IMG/VR virus record: IMGVR_UViG_3300005612_000008
Coordinates: 1 to 36,522 of that record
Direction: 5' to 3' (one strand)
DNA from: a virus
Taxonomy: Duplodnaviria > Caudoviricetes
DNA length: 36,522 bases
Below the pieces are notes generated by a model. That model was given only the letters and a program-made list of their open reading frames with translations, made no database searches and was not told the origin of the DNA. A program made the translations under genes and the position numbers. How positions within the stretch are numbered: position 1 is the first letter of the stretch; each line of letters begins with the position of its first letter. Below are positions 34,240 through 36,522 of this stretch, one piece after another.

Positions 34240-34598
34240 TGAACGACTACGCCGAAATCTGGAACACGCACAGCAATGCGCCTGCACTGGTGCTGCTGTC
34301 GAACGGCGAGGTTGTCGACCTGTCAGGCACCACGCGCGTTACGGTTAATTTCGGCGGATCACCGGTAGTAATTGTGGATTCCAGCACTTCGCCAACGGCG
34401 TTTGACTGGGCCACAACCGTTGAATACCCCGCAGGCTCGGGTACCAACGTAAACGCGCTGCACCTTAAATTCGGCGCCGAAGGGCTCGACGTAGGGCAAT
34501 ACCCGGACTGCGAGTTAGCAATTTACGATGCAGCACACCCCAACGGGCTGGTGTTTACCAGCGAACTGAAACTGAAAGTCAGAGAACAGCATGCTTGA
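34239..34598 (+). CDS. BppU-like Ig-fold fibre adaptor
   Basis: NGEVVDLSG...GQY...IYD pattern. Confidence 0.55.
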   Translation: MNDYAEIWNTHSNAPALVLLSNGEVVDLSGTTRVTVNFGGSPVVIVDSSTSPTAFDWATTVEYPAGSGTNVNALHLKFGAEGLDVGQYPDCELAIYDAAHPNGLVFTSELKLKVREQHA

Positions 34599-34917
34599 AT
34601 ATGAATTGGAGCGGCAATTCACTCTAGAGATCTCGGTGGCACTCACAGGGCGAGACGGGCGGCCACACAAGGGCACGTTTCACGCCACGTTTAGGAGCGT
34701 TGAGATGAGCGAGGCCCGGAAGATCGTGCGTGACGGCGATGAAATGGTCCTCGAGCGCGCACTGGTATCCCTTGGCGATGATCTGGTGCTGAGGGATTCG
34801 ACTGGCCAGAAGATCGAAGATCCCGAGTTGCGAAGGACTGCCGTGCTGGAGCAACCGAAACTGGCCAGCTCCTTGGCTGCGGCGTACTGGGCGGAAGAGT
34901 CGGGAAAAAAGCCTTAA
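34591..34917 (+). CDS. Tail assembly chaperone (gpG-like)
   Basis: Upstream of the tape-measure gene; ends at a slippery sequence (GKK). Confidence 0.8.
   Translation: MLEYELERQFTLEISVALTGRDGRPHKGTFHATFRSVEMSEARKIVRDGDEMVLERALVSLGDDLVLRDSTGQKIEDPELRRTAVLEQPKLASSLAAAYWAEESGKKP
34902..34911 (+). other. Programmed -1 ribosomal frameshift site
   Basis: G-GGA-AAA-AAG contains both G GGA AAA and A AAA AAG heptamers in frame; the -1 frame is open into the 34944-35285 ORF. Confidence 0.85.
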
Positions 34918-35285
34918 GGCAGAATATAGAGCGCGCGGCTCGGTTGATCATTGGTGCCAACCCCGACCCGTCACATGCCGGCCTGAGCGAGTCCGATATT
35001 GCTGAGCTGCGCGCCCTAGCCGGGGATTCTGCCGAACTACCAAAGCCAACGGCGGCAACGACAGTCAAGGTATTCTGGGAAGCCAAGGACGTCATCAGGC
35101 TTTTCGACGCCTGCTACCCAACCCAGTGGAGGGTAAGCGGCGGGATGCGAACAGGGATCGATTATGCGGCAATGGATGTTTGCCGGCAATGGCTGGGGAT
35201 TGAGCCGACCGAAATTCTGCTAAAAATGCTGAGGCTCTGCGAGATTGTAGCGCTGAATTACTGGGCGGAAAAGGCCGCAAAATAA
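34912..35285 (+). CDS. Tail assembly chaperone gpGT-like extension (DUF1799-like), reached by frameshift
   Basis: TQWRVSGGMRTGIDYAAM...LRLCEIVAL motif; no strong start of its own. Confidence 0.8.
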
Positions 35286-35286
35286 C

Positions 35287-36522
35287 ATGAGAAATCTTGA
35301 GTTAGGCCTGACACTGTCCATAGACGACAAGGGAAATGTCGATGCAAAGCTGAACTCCACCACCGAAGAACTCAAAAAAATGCAGCGTGCGGCCGATGGG
35401 GCCGGCGACGAGCTTGACGACGTTGGGGCTAGTGCGTCAGTCGTTGGCGGCAGTTTAACCCGCTTGATTCCAATAATTGCCTCCATGGGGGCGGTTTGGG
35501 CGGCGTGGGAAGGGCTGCAAATCGCGGACAAGATGAACGTGCTAGACCAGCGCGTTCGATCCGCAACCAGGTCTACCGGCAACTACGCAGCGGTTTCCGC
35601 CGAACTTTTCCAGATCTCCCAACGCACCGGAACTTCGCTCGAAACTAACGTTGGCCTATTCCAGTCGCTCGCCCGCTCCTCAGCAGAGCTTGGCGCCACG
35701 TCCGGTGAAATCCTCACGCTCACAGAGTTGGTCGGTCAGCTTGGGATAATCGGCGGATCGAGCGCAGAGGCCATGTCCAACGGCATCCTTCAGTTTTCTC
35801 AGGCGATGGCGGCCGGAACTGTTCGCGCTGAAGAGATGAACTCGATCCTGGACAACATGCCGGAGGTCGCGGCAAAAATCGCTGATGGCATGGAATTAAC
35901 CGTTGGCGAATTGCAGATGGCGGTGCGCAAGGGCACTGTTTTGAGCAAGGATGTCTTCGAGACCCTGCTTAAAATGGCTCCTCAAATTGCCGCTGAGATG
36001 AGGGAAATACCCGTATCCCTGGATCGCGCAACCACGTCTCTCGGTAACACCTTTGATAAGTTTTTGCAAAAACTTGATGTTGCAATTGGCGGAAGCCAGA
36101 CTCTTGCAAATTGGTTGCAAGCAGCCAGCAAACACCTTGACACACTCGCCGGAGATCAGGCGGCGGTACTTGAAGGCCAGTTAATCGACCAGCTTGATGA
36201 ATTGCAAAGACTCGACTGGGCAAGGGAAGGGACAGAGAAGCAGCGGAATTTTTACAAGGGCTTGCAGGCTCAGATCAGGGTCACGCGATTAGAGCTGGCC
36301 AAGCTTGAGCAGGCCGCCGCTAAATCGCTCGAGATACAAATCGAGCACGGGAAGGCCTCGGGGAATCTTGGCGGAAAGCTGGGCGAGTTGCGCGGGGAGC
36401 TTGATGGCGCAGCCGGCGGCATGGGCAAGCTCGGGAAATCAACGAGCCAGGCGACCCGTGAATTTGAAGGCCTGATTCGCGAGATGAACGGATACCGCGA
36501 CGAACTGAACGGTGTAACCCGC
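35287..36522 (+). CDS. Tail tape measure protein, N-terminal part (continues at position 1)
   Basis: MRNLELGLTLSIDDKG...LFQISQRTGTSL...QFSQAMAAGTVRAEEMNSILDNMP is the tape-measure domain. The ORF track misses it because it runs off the end of the window. Confidence 0.93.
   Translation, partial: MRNLELGLTLSIDDKGNVDAKLNSTTEELKKMQRAADGAGDELDDVGASASVVGGSLTRLIPIIASMGAVWAAWEGLQIADKMNVLDQRVRSATRSTGNYAAVSAELFQISQRTGTSLETNVGLFQSLARSSAELGATSGEILTLTELVGQLGIIGGSSAEAMSNGILQFSQAMAAGTVRAEEMNSILDNMPEVAAKIADGMELTVGELQMAVRKGTVLSKDVFETLLKMAPQIAAEMREIPVSLDRATTSLGNTFDKFLQKLDVAIGGSQTLANWLQAASKHLDTLAGDQAAVLEGQLIDQLDELQRLDWAREGTEKQRNFYKGLQAQIRVTRLELAKLEQAAAKSLEIQIEHGKASGNLGGKLGELRGELDGAAGGMGKLGKSTSQATREFEGLIREMNGYRDELNGVTR
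36493..36522. repeat. Terminal direct repeat, right copy
   Basis: Identical to 1-30. Confidence 0.95.

Overview
This window is an apparently complete, circularly assembled tailed-phage (siphovirus-type) genome of 36,492 bp. Positions 1-30 are identical to 36493-36522, and the tape-measure gene reads in frame across that junction. It has sigma70-like promoters and CsrA/RsmA-type hairpins, so a gammaproteobacterial host is plausible (inference). Modules in order: tail tip (1-7.4 kb); leftward RecE/RecT recombination operon; a divergent control region with a single Cro-like HTH gene; a long structured leader, AlpA-like gene and lambdoid O/P-type replication genes; an RHH-lysozyme-sulfotransferase operon; accessory genes; TerS/TerL, Mor-like regulator and MuF; a minus-strand portal plus neck operon; scaffold, SPP1-type capsid and tail tube; a ~5 kb fibre/exported-protein cassette; and tail chaperones with a -1 frameshift. 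I recognised no integrase, CI repressor, partition system, tRNA or CRISPR. The most interesting signals: (i) a ~290-nt leader with mutually exclusive folds and a CsrA-type hairpin that recurs before the tail-tube gene; (ii) a palindromic operator TTYGCA-N3-TGCRAW at four promoter regions, including two crossed divergent promoters; (iii) a duplicated helical protein, each copy coupled to a signal-peptide protein, inside the tail operon; (iv) a split head module; (v) a truncated paralog of the replication initiator; (vi) three coupled micro-membrane proteins not resolved by the ORF track. All calls come from reading the sequence by eye; no searches or folding programs were run.
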